Positions 49,701 to 59,886 of a DNA stretch of 64,000 bases are shown in pieces. Location of the stretch: the NCBI GenBank assembly GCA_012747475.1, contig GCA_012747475.1_3928.1; one strand, given 5' to 3'. The notes below the pieces were generated by a model. The model did no database searches and was not told the DNA's origin. It saw nothing but the letters and a program-made list of their open reading frames with translations. The position numbers and the translations under genes were made by a program. Each line of letters opens with the position of its first letter. Position 1 is the first letter of the stretch. The DNA comes from a phage.

Positions 49701-49931
49701 ATGTTTAACAAAAGTAAAGCTGTGAGTCATGTAGCAAAGGTTGACAGCAAGATTGAAGAACTTGAGCGCATTCTTGCAAATGCCAGAGAGTCAATAATTA
49801 AAGAAGTTGAAGCTGTTGAATCTCAAATGCAGCACCTAATGCTTAAACGTCAAGAGTTACGTGAGCATCTGGAATATATTGAAACACGAGAGCTAAAAGT
49901 TAACAGATTTTTAAGGAGTCCGAATGTTTAA
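49701..49931 (+). CDS. hypothetical protein
   Basis: ORF 49686..49931 with ATG at 49701 preferred (GAGAGA SD). Confidence 0.5.
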   Translation: MFNKSKAVSHVAKVDSKIEELERILANARESIIKEVEAVESQMQHLMLKRQELREHLEYIETRELKVNRFLRSPNV

Positions 49932-50679
49932 CTCAAGAGAATCAGTAAAAAACTGGAATCTTCGTTGTGGAAACACCCAAAAGCAACCTTACAGCAATGA
50001 GTATTGGGAATCTTTGAAATCTCAATCTCTGTGTATGCTTGAGGAAGCAAAAGAGCTTGTAAAAGCAATTGAAGAGAAAGACCCCATTGAGACACTGGAT
50101 GCTCAGGCAGATTTGCAATATGTTCTTGATGGTTTTATTTACCTGTCACAACATGACCATAATGGTGCTATGGAAGCTGTTTGCCATAATAATGACCTGA
50201 AGTACACAGACGACTATGAAGAAGCTTTAAAACGTCTTGCAGATATTGAGAAGCGTACTGGTCAAGAGTGTATCATCAGAATGTCAGTAGTTGATGGTAA
50301 AGAATGGTATGCAATTGTTCGTGCAGCCGATGGGAAGATTATGAAGCAATCTAATCTCCCTAAAGTTCAGCTTGGTGAATACATTGTAGAACTTGAAAGC
50401 CAAGAACTTTTTGTGGTAGTCTCTGACACATGCGTTATCTGCAAAGGTATTGTATGTAGCTTAAAGGATTTGGGTGTAGATGGTTTTGTAGAAGTTAATC
50501 CAATTACCTCTAAAGCAGATAAAGATTTCTGTAAAGAGAATGGACTATGGATTGCAGATATTGTCTACTATGATGGTGAGCAGTTCCATGTAACCTCATA
50601 CCCGAAACTGAATTATGATGCTAATAACCTGAAGTGCTGGTTAAAAGGGGTTGGTTATAATGGATTCACAGAACATTAA
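49924..50679 (+). CDS. hypothetical protein
   Basis: ORF track. Confidence 0.55.
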   Translation: MFNSRESVKNWNLRCGNTQKQPYSNEYWESLKSQSLCMLEEAKELVKAIEEKDPIETLDAQADLQYVLDGFIYLSQHDHNGAMEAVCHNNDLKYTDDYEEALKRLADIEKRTGQECIIRMSVVDGKEWYAIVRAADGKIMKQSNLPKVQLGEYIVELESQELFVVVSDTCVICKGIVCSLKDLGVDGFVEVNPITSKADKDFCKENGLWIADIVYYDGEQFHVTSYPKLNYDANNLKCWLKGVGYNGFTEH

Positions 50680-50983
50680 TAAAGAAGGTGTGGCTCAGAA
50701 GAGCCACTTCTCAAACTACAATATTTCTATGACGGTGTTTATGAATGACCCGTTACTTGAGAAGTATGGTGAGACTCCAGATACACTTCTGGATAATGAA
50801 CAAGTTTTAAAAGCAGTCCTGTACAAATACGGGATTGATATTGAGAAAGAGTATTCTTTTGAAATCTGTCAACACAGGAATACTTTTGGTAAAGTTGTAA
50901 TGGCTCCACTCTTCATGGGTGTAGAAAGAACTGACTATGGTTGGTTATATCTAAAAAGAAACTTGGAGAAATACCGTGTCTAA
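50660..50983 (+). CDS. hypothetical protein
   Basis: ORF 50651..50983, internal ATG at 50660 preferred. Confidence 0.5.
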   Translation: MDSQNINKEGVAQKSHFSNYNISMTVFMNDPLLEKYGETPDTLLDNEQVLKAVLYKYGIDIEKEYSFEICQHRNTFGKVVMAPLFMGVERTDYGWLYLKRNLEKYRV

Positions 50984-51308
50984 AGCAAAAAAGTTATCTT
51001 ATGATGACATTATCTCAGGTGCTAAATTAGGTGTTGATAGTATCGGACAAGATGTTAAGCACGGAGACACAGTTATGTACTGTGACGACCGAAGAGGCAG
51101 AAGTGCAATCTTGTTTGGAAGAGTTGTTTGCAAGATGCGAGGTAATTACGTTGTTGAAGACATGAATGTGGATGTCACAAAACAGCTTGAAATAATTATG
51201 AATAGTAATATATCATGGTTCGTCAATTGTATGCACACTTCGTCAGTCACAAAGGTAAGTGATAAGTTTTACGATATGTGGCAGAATGAGCAAATTTTCA
51301 AGATTTAA
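50976..51308 (+). CDS. hypothetical protein
   Basis: ORF track. Confidence 0.5.
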   Translation: MSKAKKLSYDDIISGAKLGVDSIGQDVKHGDTVMYCDDRRGRSAILFGRVVCKMRGNYVVEDMNVDVTKQLEIIMNSNISWFVNCMHTSSVTKVSDKFYDMWQNEQIFKI

Positions 51309-51354
51309 ACTAGGGAGCCTCTTCGGAGGCTCTTCTCATCTGTAGGATTCAAAA

Positions 51355-53589
51355 ATGATTAAGACAATTAAAAAATCAAACGGTACAGTAGTAAGCTTTG
51401 ACCCAGAAAGACTGAATAAGTGGGCATCATGGGCAGATAAGCGTGGAATTATCTGGTCAGAAGTCACTATGGAAGCCATGAAGCGTGTCTATGAGGGTTG
51501 CACTACAAAAGAGATGCACCAAGCCATGATTGATGTTTGTGTTGATAAACAAACTCAAGAGTACTCAGATATGGCTGGACGGCTACTTCTGGGGATTATC
51601 TACAAAGAAGCCTTTGGAGGCTTTACTAAGGTTCCTACGCTGGTTACCTTCGTTAAAAATATGGAGAGAGCAGGACTTTGGGAGAAGATGGATTATTCAC
51701 AGGAAGAGCTTGAATATCTGCAAGGTTACATCGTACACTCAAAAGATATCTCTTACGGCTATGCAGTATTGAAACAGTTCAGAGACAAGTATGGTATCCG
51801 TGATATTAAAACTGGAAGACTTTTTGAGTCACCACAATTTATGTTTATGGGTATGGCTATGAAAGCCTTTGAGAAGCAACCAAAGCACCGTAGACTGCAA
51901 GATGTTATCAAGCTGTACACTTACCTATCTGACCTGAAGATTAACGCTCCTACGCCTTATTTAAACGGTTTAAGAGCAACTAAATCAGGCTATGCGTCAT
52001 GCTGTTTGATTAAGGCAAATGATACTGCTGAATCACTTGGTATTGCTGCAAAGGTTGCTTATGATATGACTACAAAGCAAGCTGGTATTGGGATGCTGAT
52101 GGAGACTCGCACTATTGGTGATGGTATCCGTCAAAATACTATTGAGCACATGGGTAAGCTACCTTATTACAAGCTTGTACGTTCATCTGTAGAGGCAAAT
52201 AAACAGAAGAGTCGTGGTGGTTCAGCTAATAACTTCTACACTGCTCTAGACCCGCAGATTGAAGATTTACTGCGTTTGAAGCACCCTACAACGGTTCCTT
52301 CTAAACGTATTAATGAGATGGACTACTCATTCGGCACAAACGATTATTTCTGGCAGTGTGTTCAGTATGATACAGATTGGTTGCTATTCTCTTACAAAGA
52401 TGCACCAAAACTCTATGACATGTTCTACACAGCATCTGCTGATGAGTTTGCTATGGCAGTTGGTCATGCAGTACATTCAGGTGTTAAGCACAGACGGGTA
52501 AAGGCTCGTGAAATTGCTAAGCTGTTTATTCAACAGCGTTATGCTACAGGTCGTGTGTATCCATTCTTCACTAACAATGCAAACACACATACACCATTTA
52601 AAGAACCATTGAAGATGTCAAATCTTTGTATGGAAATTGTATTGCCAGTGTATGGTTTTGAGAAAGAGACAGACCTTTACAGAGACGATGCTGTGAAAGA
52701 GGATGGTGAGGTGGCTCTTTGCTTCCTAGCTAGTTTGGTTGCAGGGAGAATTTCAGAAGATGAATACGCTGACGTTGCTTATTATGCTCTTGCAATGGTT
52801 GACTCCGTTATTGACCTTATGGATTATCCGTATCCGTCGATGCGCAACCATGTTCAGAAGCGTCGTTCTGTTGGGATTGGCCTTACGAATGTGGCTCATT
52901 ACCTTGCGAAAAACTATGTGAACTACTCTTCAAGAGCAGGTAAGACAAAGCTTCATGAGCTTGCTGAAATGCACTCTTACTACTTGCACGAAGCTTCTTT
53001 AAGACTTGCTAAAGAACGTGGTGTGCCTGAATATATGCAGTTCACTAAGTATCCTGAAGGCTGGGTTCCTCCGAAGACAGCTAACAAGAAGATTGATGAG
53101 AAGCATGATGCAAAACTAAGATATGATTGGGATGACTTAGCACAACGTATTAAAGAGAACGGTGGAATCCGTAACTCTGTATTAGAAGCTTACATGCCTA
53201 ACGAGAGTTCTTCGCTGGCGACTAATACAACAAACGGCTTGTACCCAATTCGTGACTTTATTTTAACTAAAAAGTCTGCAACTGGTAACGTACTGTTTAT
53301 TGTTCCAGATTATGAAGAGTTGAAGTATGTCTATGAAATTGCTTGGGATATTGACACCTTTGACCTGATTGATTGTTATGCAATTGTTCAAAAGTTCACT
53401 GGTCAAGCTATCTCTTCAGATTTCTATGTTGACTACGCAAAAGCTAAGAAGGTATCATTGACTCAAGCTTTGAAGTACATGATTTATGCTAACTCAGTAG
53501 GTATGAAAACCATGTATTACCTTAACAGTCGCATCGGTGTAGGCAAGTCTGCACTGCAAGATGCCTATTGCGAGGGTTGTGGTGTTTAG
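51355..53589 (+). CDS. nrdA: ribonucleotide reductase class Ia, large subunit
   Basis: N-terminal ATP-cone, active-site NLCMEI, C-terminal cysteine pair CEGCG. Confidence 0.9.
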   Translation: MIKTIKKSNGTVVSFDPERLNKWASWADKRGIIWSEVTMEAMKRVYEGCTTKEMHQAMIDVCVDKQTQEYSDMAGRLLLGIIYKEAFGGFTKVPTLVTFVKNMERAGLWEKMDYSQEELEYLQGYIVHSKDISYGYAVLKQFRDKYGIRDIKTGRLFESPQFMFMGMAMKAFEKQPKHRRLQDVIKLYTYLSDLKINAPTPYLNGLRATKSGYASCCLIKANDTAESLGIAAKVAYDMTTKQAGIGMLMETRTIGDGIRQNTIEHMGKLPYYKLVRSSVEANKQKSRGGSANNFYTALDPQIEDLLRLKHPTTVPSKRINEMDYSFGTNDYFWQCVQYDTDWLLFSYKDAPKLYDMFYTASADEFAMAVGHAVHSGVKHRRVKAREIAKLFIQQRYATGRVYPFFTNNANTHTPFKEPLKMSNLCMEIVLPVYGFEKETDLYRDDAVKEDGEVALCFLASLVAGRISEDEYADVAYYALAMVDSVIDLMDYPYPSMRNHVQKRRSVGIGLTNVAHYLAKNYVNYSSRAGKTKLHELAEMHSYYLHEASLRLAKERGVPEYMQFTKYPEGWVPPKTANKKIDEKHDAKLRYDWDDLAQRIKENGGIRNSVLEAYMPNESSSLATNTTNGLYPIRDFILTKKSATGNVLFIVPDYEELKYVYEIAWDIDTFDLIDCYAIVQKFTGQAISSDFYVDYAKAKKVSLTQALKYMIYANSVGMKTMYYLNSRIGVGKSALQDAYCEGCGV

Positions 53590-53644
53590 TTTTAATAACT
53601 ATGAGGGTCGTAAAAGACCCTCTAAAATTAACTTTGGAGAGACT

Positions 53645-53902
53645 ATGAAAGACTTAATAGCAAATCACGAGTTGCCTATATACTTGCTCCACAAACCTCG
53701 GAAAACGATGTACTATGTGAGTAGCACAGACATGATGATAAAACAAAATGATGATTCATGGGTCGCTGGTGTCTCTTACATCTCTACAGCAGATGGTAAA
53801 ATCTATGCAAGACCTTATGACATGTTTAACAAAGAAAATTGGGAAGTTTTAGATAGAAAACAAGCCTTAGAGATGATAAAGAAAGGAGAAGTCACACTAT
53901 GA
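53645..53902 (+). CDS. hypothetical protein between nrdA and nrdB
   Basis: ORF 53561..53902 trimmed to ATG at 53645 (GGAGA SD) to avoid overlap with nrdA. Confidence 0.45.
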   Translation: MKDLIANHELPIYLLHKPRKTMYYVSSTDMMIKQNDDSWVAGVSYISTADGKIYARPYDMFNKENWEVLDRKQALEMIKKGEVTL

Positions 53903-54972
53903 TTAACCAACACCCAATCTTTTTAGGTGGTGAGAGAAAGACATTTGACTCACTTAACAAGCACTACCCAAAAATCTTTGAGCTATATAAACAACAAAAA
54001 GCACAAGACTGGTCAGAAGATGAGTTTCCTTTTGAACAATCACGTCTTGATTTTGAGAGTGTACCAGCATCAATGTCAGGTGTAATGCTTGAGATTCTTA
54101 AGTGGCAGTGGGAAGCAGACACCCAAGTTGCTAAGAGTTTAGCGTTTGCTTTTGCACCATTCATCTCTGATGACATTTATGCAACTGCAATTATGAAACA
54201 GTCTGATATTGAAAACCTACACGCTCTGACTTACTCGGAGATTGTAAGACAGTGTATTAAAAATCCTGAAACAATCTTAGATGAGATTAACCAGAACATT
54301 GCTGTACAAGACCGATTAAAAACTGTGAATCGTGTTCTTGAAGAATTGCTGGATGAAGGTATAAACTATCGACTGAGTTATGTCCGTGACTCACTTCTGG
54401 ACAAAGACCCTTTACACTTCCATAAAGTGATTCTGAAAGGTCTATTTGCAGTGACTGCACTGGAAGGTATATCTTTTATGGCATCCTTTGCATGTACTTT
54501 TGCACTTGATGCTCAAGATAAATTTCAGGGTATTGCTCAAGCTGTCCAGAAAATTATGCTTGATGAAATCATTCACACTAAAATTGATATTGAAGTTTTA
54601 AAAGAAACTTTAAGAGATGATGAGTGGCAAAAAGCTTTTCAACAAATTCTACCAGAGATTAAAGTAATCTTAGATGAAGTAGTTGAAAGTGAAGAGAAAT
54701 GGTCGTATTATATCTTCTCCGAAGGACGTGCTATAGTTGGTTTAAATACAAAACTTCTTCATGAGTGGGTTTACTATAACGCTGCCCCACTGTATGATAT
54801 GTTTGGCATTCCCAGAGATTTTGTAGCTCCTAAAGAACCACCTTTGAAGTATATGATTAAGAAGATGGAAATTGATAAAGAGCAGAATGCTAATCAGGAG
54901 CAACAGAACGGTGCGTACCTGTTGAATACTGTTGTAGATGATTTGAATAGTGGATTTTTAGAGGTTCCTTAA
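53899..54972 (+). CDS. nrdB: ribonucleotide reductase class Ia, small subunit
   Basis: 357 aa with ExxH iron-ligand motif (DEIIHTK); directly downstream of nrdA. Confidence 0.85.
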   Translation: MINQHPIFLGGERKTFDSLNKHYPKIFELYKQQKAQDWSEDEFPFEQSRLDFESVPASMSGVMLEILKWQWEADTQVAKSLAFAFAPFISDDIYATAIMKQSDIENLHALTYSEIVRQCIKNPETILDEINQNIAVQDRLKTVNRVLEELLDEGINYRLSYVRDSLLDKDPLHFHKVILKGLFAVTALEGISFMASFACTFALDAQDKFQGIAQAVQKIMLDEIIHTKIDIEVLKETLRDDEWQKAFQQILPEIKVILDEVVESEEKWSYYIFSEGRAIVGLNTKLLHEWVYYNAAPLYDMFGIPRDFVAPKEPPLKYMIKKMEIDKEQNANQEQQNGAYLLNTVVDDLNSGFLEVP

Positions 54973-55214
54973 TGACTTATGTGATTTACTCCAAAACTGG
55001 ATGCCCTCAGTGTGAGACTGCAAAGAATTTTGCAAAAGCTCGTGGTATTGACCATGTTGTGAGAATGTTAGGGCAGGATTATGAACTGTCAGACCTGATG
55101 GATATTGCACAGATGCCAGTTCGTCAGATGCCATTCATCATGAAAACTGATGGACAAAACCTAAAACCTGTTGGAACGCTACAGAATTTTATGGCAGAGG
55201 TGAATAATGCTTAA
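54972..55214 (+). CDS. glutaredoxin/NrdH-like redoxin
   Basis: CPQC active site near N-terminus; coupled to nrdB. Confidence 0.65.
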   Translation: MTYVIYSKTGCPQCETAKNFAKARGIDHVVRMLGQDYELSDLMDIAQMPVRQMPFIMKTDGQNLKPVGTLQNFMAEVNNA

Positions 55215-55413
55215 ACGCCTTTGGGAAGGTCTGGTTGTTGATGCACCAGCCATTGTGATTGGTATGCTTGTTGTTAACCTATTTACTGATTTTGAACAAG
55301 GTTCATTGTTTGGAGCCATGTTACTATGGGTTATCTTTGAAATATTAGAGATACAGTTAGGCATCACTGAAAAACTAAGAAAACTCGTTTCGAAGTTTTC
55401 TAAAAAGATTTAA
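55207..55413 (+). CDS. small membrane protein
   Basis: Hydrophobic 68-aa ORF. Confidence 0.45.
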   Translation: MLKRLWEGLVVDAPAIVIGMLVVNLFTDFEQGSLFGAMLLWVIFEILEIQLGITEKLRKLVSKFSKKI

Positions 55414-55420
55414 AATGAAA

Positions 55421-55443
55421 GGGTCTCTTCGGAGACCTTTTTA
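55421..55443 (+). terminator. rho-independent terminator
   Basis: GGTCTC-TTCG-GAGACC followed by TTTTT. Confidence 0.6.
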
Positions 55444-55461
55444 GCATGTAAAGGGGCAATA

Positions 55462-57606
55462 ATGAACAAAGTACAGATTATTAAAAAGAATGGCTCACTC
55501 GAAGAACCTGATATCAAAAAAGTTTTATCAGCAGTCACAAAGTCAGCTAATAGGGTTGGGTATAAAGAACTCCCACCAGATGTTACTCAAGCTCTTGAGT
55601 CAGCATTTATGAGGATTTTGGTAAAGTCCACTAAGCAGAATAATTTGCTTATCTCGGTAAATGATATTCACAGTATTGTTGAGGGTGCTTTGGCAGAGGT
55701 CAATCACGAGATTTATGAGTCTTACTCAACATACAGAAATTACCGTAAAGAGGTTGCTCAAAATTGGGACGAACTCTACCAGAAGACTAAAGATACACTC
55801 TTCTTAGGTGACCGTGAAAATGCTAACTTTGACAGCAGTTTAATTTCTACGAAAGGTTCAATTATCCGTGGTTACCTGACTAAAGAAATCTTTAAACAGT
55901 ATCATCTAACACCAGAGGAACTTGAAGCCATTGAGAAAGGCTTTATCTATATCCACGATTTGAGAGACCTGATTTTTGGTGGTATTAACTGTTGCCTGTT
56001 TGACATTGGTAAAGTACTAAAAGGTGGCTTTGAAATGTCCGGCATTGAGTACTGTGAACCTAAATCTGTACTGTCAGCGTTGCAGGTTATTGGTGACGTA
56101 GTACTTTCAGCAACTGCACAGCAATTTGGTGGTTTTACTTTAGCAGAGATTGATAAGGTACTTGTACCGTATGCTAAGAAGTCTCTACGCTATCATGCTG
56201 AGAAAGCATCATCTTATGGTATTCCTAAAGAGCATTACCACAATTATGTAATGGAGCAGTTACAAATTGAACTGACTCAAGGTTTTCAGTCACTTGAGAT
56301 GAAACTAAATACCGTACCTTGTAGCCGTGGTGATTTTGCATTCACAACTTTAACATTTGGTTTACTTGACTCAGATATGTCTAATGAGGATAATCGACTA
56401 CAATACATGATTGCAAGTACTCTCCTAGATGTTCGTATGAATGGACAAGGCAAGAGTAAAAAACCTGTTGTATTCCCTAAACTGGTTTATATTTATGACC
56501 AGAAGAGACATGATGAGAATATCTGTCAAGGTCACCTGTACAGTAAAGCTATTGAGTGTTGCTCTAAAGCAATGTACCCAGATTTCTTAAGTGTGTCTGG
56601 TCATGGTGCTGTAGCAGAGGCTTTTGAGCGTTCTGGTAAGGTAATTTCACCGATGGGTTGCAGAGCCTTCTTATCTCCATATTTTAATGAGGATGGGGAA
56701 GAGTTTTACGTTGGTCGTGCTAACATTGGTGCTGTATCTTTGAACTTGCCAATGATTTACCAGTACTCTAAAGAGAATGGTTTAGATTTCTGGAAAGAGC
56801 TTGATAAGTACCTAGAGATGATTCGCAACTTCCACAAGAAACGCTACGAAATGATTGCTAATATGCCAGCAAGTTCTAACCCTCTTGCGTTCACACAAGG
56901 TGGTCTGTACAAAGGAACTAAGAAACCTACTGACAAGGTTGGTTGGGATATTGTGAAGTCCTTCACAGCTTCTTTTGGTGTTACTGCGCTTGATGAGTTG
57001 TCTGTTCTTGCTGAAGGTAAACGACTTCATGAAGTTGGAAGCTATAGTTTTGCATATGATGTTCTGGCATACATCAACATGAAAACCGAAGAGTTTAAAA
57101 ATGAAGATGGCTTCTTATATGCCGTCTATGGTACTCCAGCAGAATCACTATGTGGGACTCAGCTAAAACAGTTCAGAGATATGTTTGGGGTTATCAAAGG
57201 TGTTTCCGATAAGGAATACTTTACAAACAGTTTCCATATGAATGTTGCAGCAGACATCTCACCATTTGAGAAGCAGGACTTAGAAGAGTCATTCTTCCAT
57301 ATCTGTAGAGGCGGTAGAATCCAGTATGTAAGAGTAGCTAACCCAGAAAACTTATCAGCACTTAAAAGTTGTATTACAAGAGGGATGTTGAAAGGTTTCT
57401 ATCAGGGACTTAACTTTGACTTAGCAATCTGTGAGCATTGTGGTAACAGACCAAAATCAGATGTTGAAGAGTGTGAAGTTTGTCACTCACATGATATCTC
57501 TGTGATTAACAGAGTGTGTGGGTATCTTGGATGGACTAAGATTAAAGGTGAATCCCGAATGAACGATGCAAAAATCGCTGAGATTCGTGATAGAGTCTCT
57601 ATGTAA
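55462..57606 (+). CDS. nrdD: anaerobic ribonucleotide reductase (class III)
   Basis: Glycyl-radical motif NRVCGYLGW near C-terminus; zinc ribbon CEHCG...CEVCHSHD. Confidence 0.9.
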   Translation: MNKVQIIKKNGSLEEPDIKKVLSAVTKSANRVGYKELPPDVTQALESAFMRILVKSTKQNNLLISVNDIHSIVEGALAEVNHEIYESYSTYRNYRKEVAQNWDELYQKTKDTLFLGDRENANFDSSLISTKGSIIRGYLTKEIFKQYHLTPEELEAIEKGFIYIHDLRDLIFGGINCCLFDIGKVLKGGFEMSGIEYCEPKSVLSALQVIGDVVLSATAQQFGGFTLAEIDKVLVPYAKKSLRYHAEKASSYGIPKEHYHNYVMEQLQIELTQGFQSLEMKLNTVPCSRGDFAFTTLTFGLLDSDMSNEDNRLQYMIASTLLDVRMNGQGKSKKPVVFPKLVYIYDQKRHDENICQGHLYSKAIECCSKAMYPDFLSVSGHGAVAEAFERSGKVISPMGCRAFLSPYFNEDGEEFYVGRANIGAVSLNLPMIYQYSKENGLDFWKELDKYLEMIRNFHKKRYEMIANMPASSNPLAFTQGGLYKGTKKPTDKVGWDIVKSFTASFGVTALDELSVLAEGKRLHEVGSYSFAYDVLAYINMKTEEFKNEDGFLYAVYGTPAESLCGTQLKQFRDMFGVIKGVSDKEYFTNSFHMNVAADISPFEKQDLEESFFHICRGGRIQYVRVANPENLSALKSCITRGMLKGFYQGLNFDLAICEHCGNRPKSDVEECEVCHSHDISVINRVCGYLGWTKIKGESRMNDAKIAEIRDRVSM

Positions 57607-57615
57607 AACTTGACA

Positions 57616-57656
57616 AGGTGATGTGGGTCTTGATAGGCTTACATCACCTTTTTTAT
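57616..57656 (+). terminator. rho-independent terminator after nrdD
   Basis: 9-bp stem AGGTGATGT/ACATCACCT followed by TTTTTT. Confidence 0.6.
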
Positions 57657-57760
57657 TGGATGTTAGATATGGCAGAAAGTATTATTGGGTTGTTCATAGG
57701 TTCTGTCTTACTAGGGTTCTTTTTAGGACTCTCTTATTGTGAATTGAAAGGTAAGTTAAA

Positions 57761-57961
57761 ATGTTTAAGATATCAAAAGCGTTGATATACATACTCCATA
57801 TTCTAGTCTTCTTCTTTGGGGTTAGTGTTATGGTATGGGGTTTTTCAGACCCACAATGGAGTTTCTCATATCATGGTCAGATGGATTTATGGTCATGCTT
57901 CAAACCATTTTTAGGGTTAGTCATAGCATTCAGTGCATTACCAACTAAGGTGAAATTATGA
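57761..57961 (+). CDS. small membrane protein
   Basis: Hydrophobic 66-aa ORF. Confidence 0.45.
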   Translation: MFKISKALIYILHILVFFFGVSVMVWGFSDPQWSFSYHGQMDLWSCFKPFLGLVIAFSALPTKVKL

Positions 57962-58353
57962 TTAAGTTGAGCCAAAAACAGTTAGAGTGGATTAAAGATT
58001 ATGCCTCAGAGTGTGGCTCTTGTGAAAAGAATCACGTAAGATACTCAACATTCCACACGGTCTTCACATTGTATATCGGCGACAATGTTCTAAGTGATTC
58101 TGTAGAAGATGGTGTAGCATTGCCTAATGAATTGCTTGACAAATTAGCTGTAGTCACTGGAACTTGGTCTGAAGAAGATGGTCACGAACTATCTGATGAT
58201 GTTGTCTTCTACAGTCTTGAAAACATCATGAATCCAGAGTACATTATGCTAATGACTTGCGCACAAGATTGTGTACCATTACAAAACTTCATTAAAGAGC
58301 ACTGTGAAGAATTTATTACTAAACAGGTTCCTTGTCAGGTGGTGTTTGAATGA
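57958..58353 (+). CDS. hypothetical protein
   Basis: ORF track; coupled. Confidence 0.5.
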   Translation: MIKLSQKQLEWIKDYASECGSCEKNHVRYSTFHTVFTLYIGDNVLSDSVEDGVALPNELLDKLAVVTGTWSEEDGHELSDDVVFYSLENIMNPEYIMLMTCAQDCVPLQNFIKEHCEEFITKQVPCQVVFE

Positions 58354-58649
58354 GTAAAACAATTCGAAGAAAAGGTTTAAAGAACGTTCATGGACTTTAT
58401 GAGTGGAGAAATGAGGTACGTAACAGAGAAAATGCTTCAGATGTCTACTTCCATTCTGATATGATGTCCAGAAAAGGTGGCTCTTATGACTTTACAAGTC
58501 AGCCTTGTAGAGAGATTAAGAAGGCTACTAAACGTCTTACAAGAACACAAATAAGGCAGCTTTCTAAGACATCCTTCTTAGATGAAGATTTTGATATTGA
58601 TAGCAAGTCTCCAAAGAAAGCCGCTAAGAACACTTATATGTATTGGTGA
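58350..58649 (+). CDS. hypothetical protein
   Basis: ORF track; coupled. Confidence 0.5.
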   Translation: MSKTIRRKGLKNVHGLYEWRNEVRNRENASDVYFHSDMMSRKGGSYDFTSQPCREIKKATKRLTRTQIRQLSKTSFLDEDFDIDSKSPKKAAKNTYMYW

Positions 58650-58657
58650 GGTACTAG

Positions 58658-59143
58658 ATGAATTACATGGAGATTAGGCCATTTGACACAGCCAATGGTG
58701 AAGGGGTTCGTGTAAGCCTCTTCGTAGCTGGTTGTAAGCATCACTGTGAAGGTTGCTTTAATAAGGAATCTTGGAAGTTTAATGCTGGTAAAGAGTTCAC
58801 TTATGCAAACCTTTATGGCATCATTAAGTTAATGGATGATAATGCCATCAGTGGGCTGTCAATACTTGGTGGAGAACCTCTGGATGATAGAAACATTCAA
58901 GAGGTTACCAACATATGCAAACGTATTAAAACCGTTTACCCAGAAAAATCTATCTGGCTCTGGACAGGTTTTCAGTTACATGAAAAAATTCACCTTGATG
59001 TGATGAAATATGTTGACGTGGTGATTGATGGTAAGTATGATTCATCTAAACCAACAGTTAAACCATATCGTGGTTCTGATAACCAAAACCTCTGGAGAAA
59101 AGAGTATGGGTGGCAAGGTGATTGTCAGTGGAGAGCAGAGTGA
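58658..59143 (+). CDS. nrdG: anaerobic ribonucleotide reductase activating protein (radical SAM)
   Basis: CxxxCxxC motif GCKHHCEGC; size about 160 aa. Confidence 0.8.
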   Translation: MNYMEIRPFDTANGEGVRVSLFVAGCKHHCEGCFNKESWKFNAGKEFTYANLYGIIKLMDDNAISGLSILGGEPLDDRNIQEVTNICKRIKTVYPEKSIWLWTGFQLHEKIHLDVMKYVDVVIDGKYDSSKPTVKPYRGSDNQNLWRKEYGWQGDCQWRAE

Positions 59144-59245
59144 TTATTCTGGCAAATGGACTAAGGTATAACTCCAATTGGTATCACTGAAGAAGAACTT
59201 CATAAGTTCTGTATTAAACTTTAATGAGAGAGAGAGAGACTAAAA

Positions 59246-59512
59246 ATGGGAATTTTAGGTAATATGAAAGCTGGATTCTTGAAGGCACTGGCAAAAGCAG
59301 CAGCAATTGTTTCTATGACTGGAAAGCAGGTCGGTGTAGATGCTTCAGCGGTTGCACAGGTTCTTACAAGCCAAATTGAACAGCAGCCTTACATCTATGT
59401 AGGCCGTGGCAAAGGTGGTAAGAAACAAGCCCACCGTCCGTCTGGTGCAGCAGCTATTAAACGAGCAGCTAAGAAAGCTCGTAACCGTAAACGTAATAAG
59501 AAGGCTAAATAA
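59246..59512 (+). CDS. hypothetical protein (basic C-terminus)
   Basis: ORF track. Confidence 0.5.
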   Translation: MGILGNMKAGFLKALAKAAAIVSMTGKQVGVDASAVAQVLTSQIEQQPYIYVGRGKGGKKQAHRPSGAAAIKRAAKKARNRKRNKKAK

Positions 59513-59514
59513 TC

Positions 59515-59835
59515 ATGAGCAAAGTTTATAACACTCGTAAATTACAGATTTTCTTACTGTGCCAGTTTATGGCTAGAGAGCATAACTCCTACTATTGTGG
59601 TACAGGATTCATTAGTGATAATGATGGCTCATATCTCCCATTCAAAGAGGCTGTAAAACTCTTCAATGAAGAGAAAAGCTCTGAGAAAGATATTGAAAAG
59701 GTTAAATTAGCCTATAGTAAGAAAGATAAGAAGATTATCTGCCTAGATAACTTTGTGAAAGTTACCAAAGAAACTAAAGAGTTAATGGAAGAAAGTGAAA
59801 TTCCATTCACAAGAATCTTGAAAGTAGCTCAGTAA
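59515..59835 (+). CDS. hypothetical protein
   Basis: ORF track. Confidence 0.5.
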   Translation: MSKVYNTRKLQIFLLCQFMAREHNSYYCGTGFISDNDGSYLPFKEAVKLFNEEKSSEKDIEKVKLAYSKKDKKIICLDNFVKVTKETKELMEESEIPFTRILKVAQ

Positions 59836-59846
59836 GCAGATACTAT

Positions 59847-59877
59847 AAGGGAACTGTAAAGGTTCCCTTTTTATTTT
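59847..59877 (+). terminator. rho-independent terminator
   Basis: AAGGGAAC-TGTAAAG-GTTCCCTT followed by TTTTT. Confidence 0.6.
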
Positions 59878-59886
59878 GGAGATAAT

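Noticed and set aside
57611-57624. TTGACAAGGTG upstream of the nrdD terminator resembling the conserved tandem-TTGACA element
   Set aside because: Only half of the 25-mer is present and it forms the 5' strand of a terminator stem; likely coincidental.
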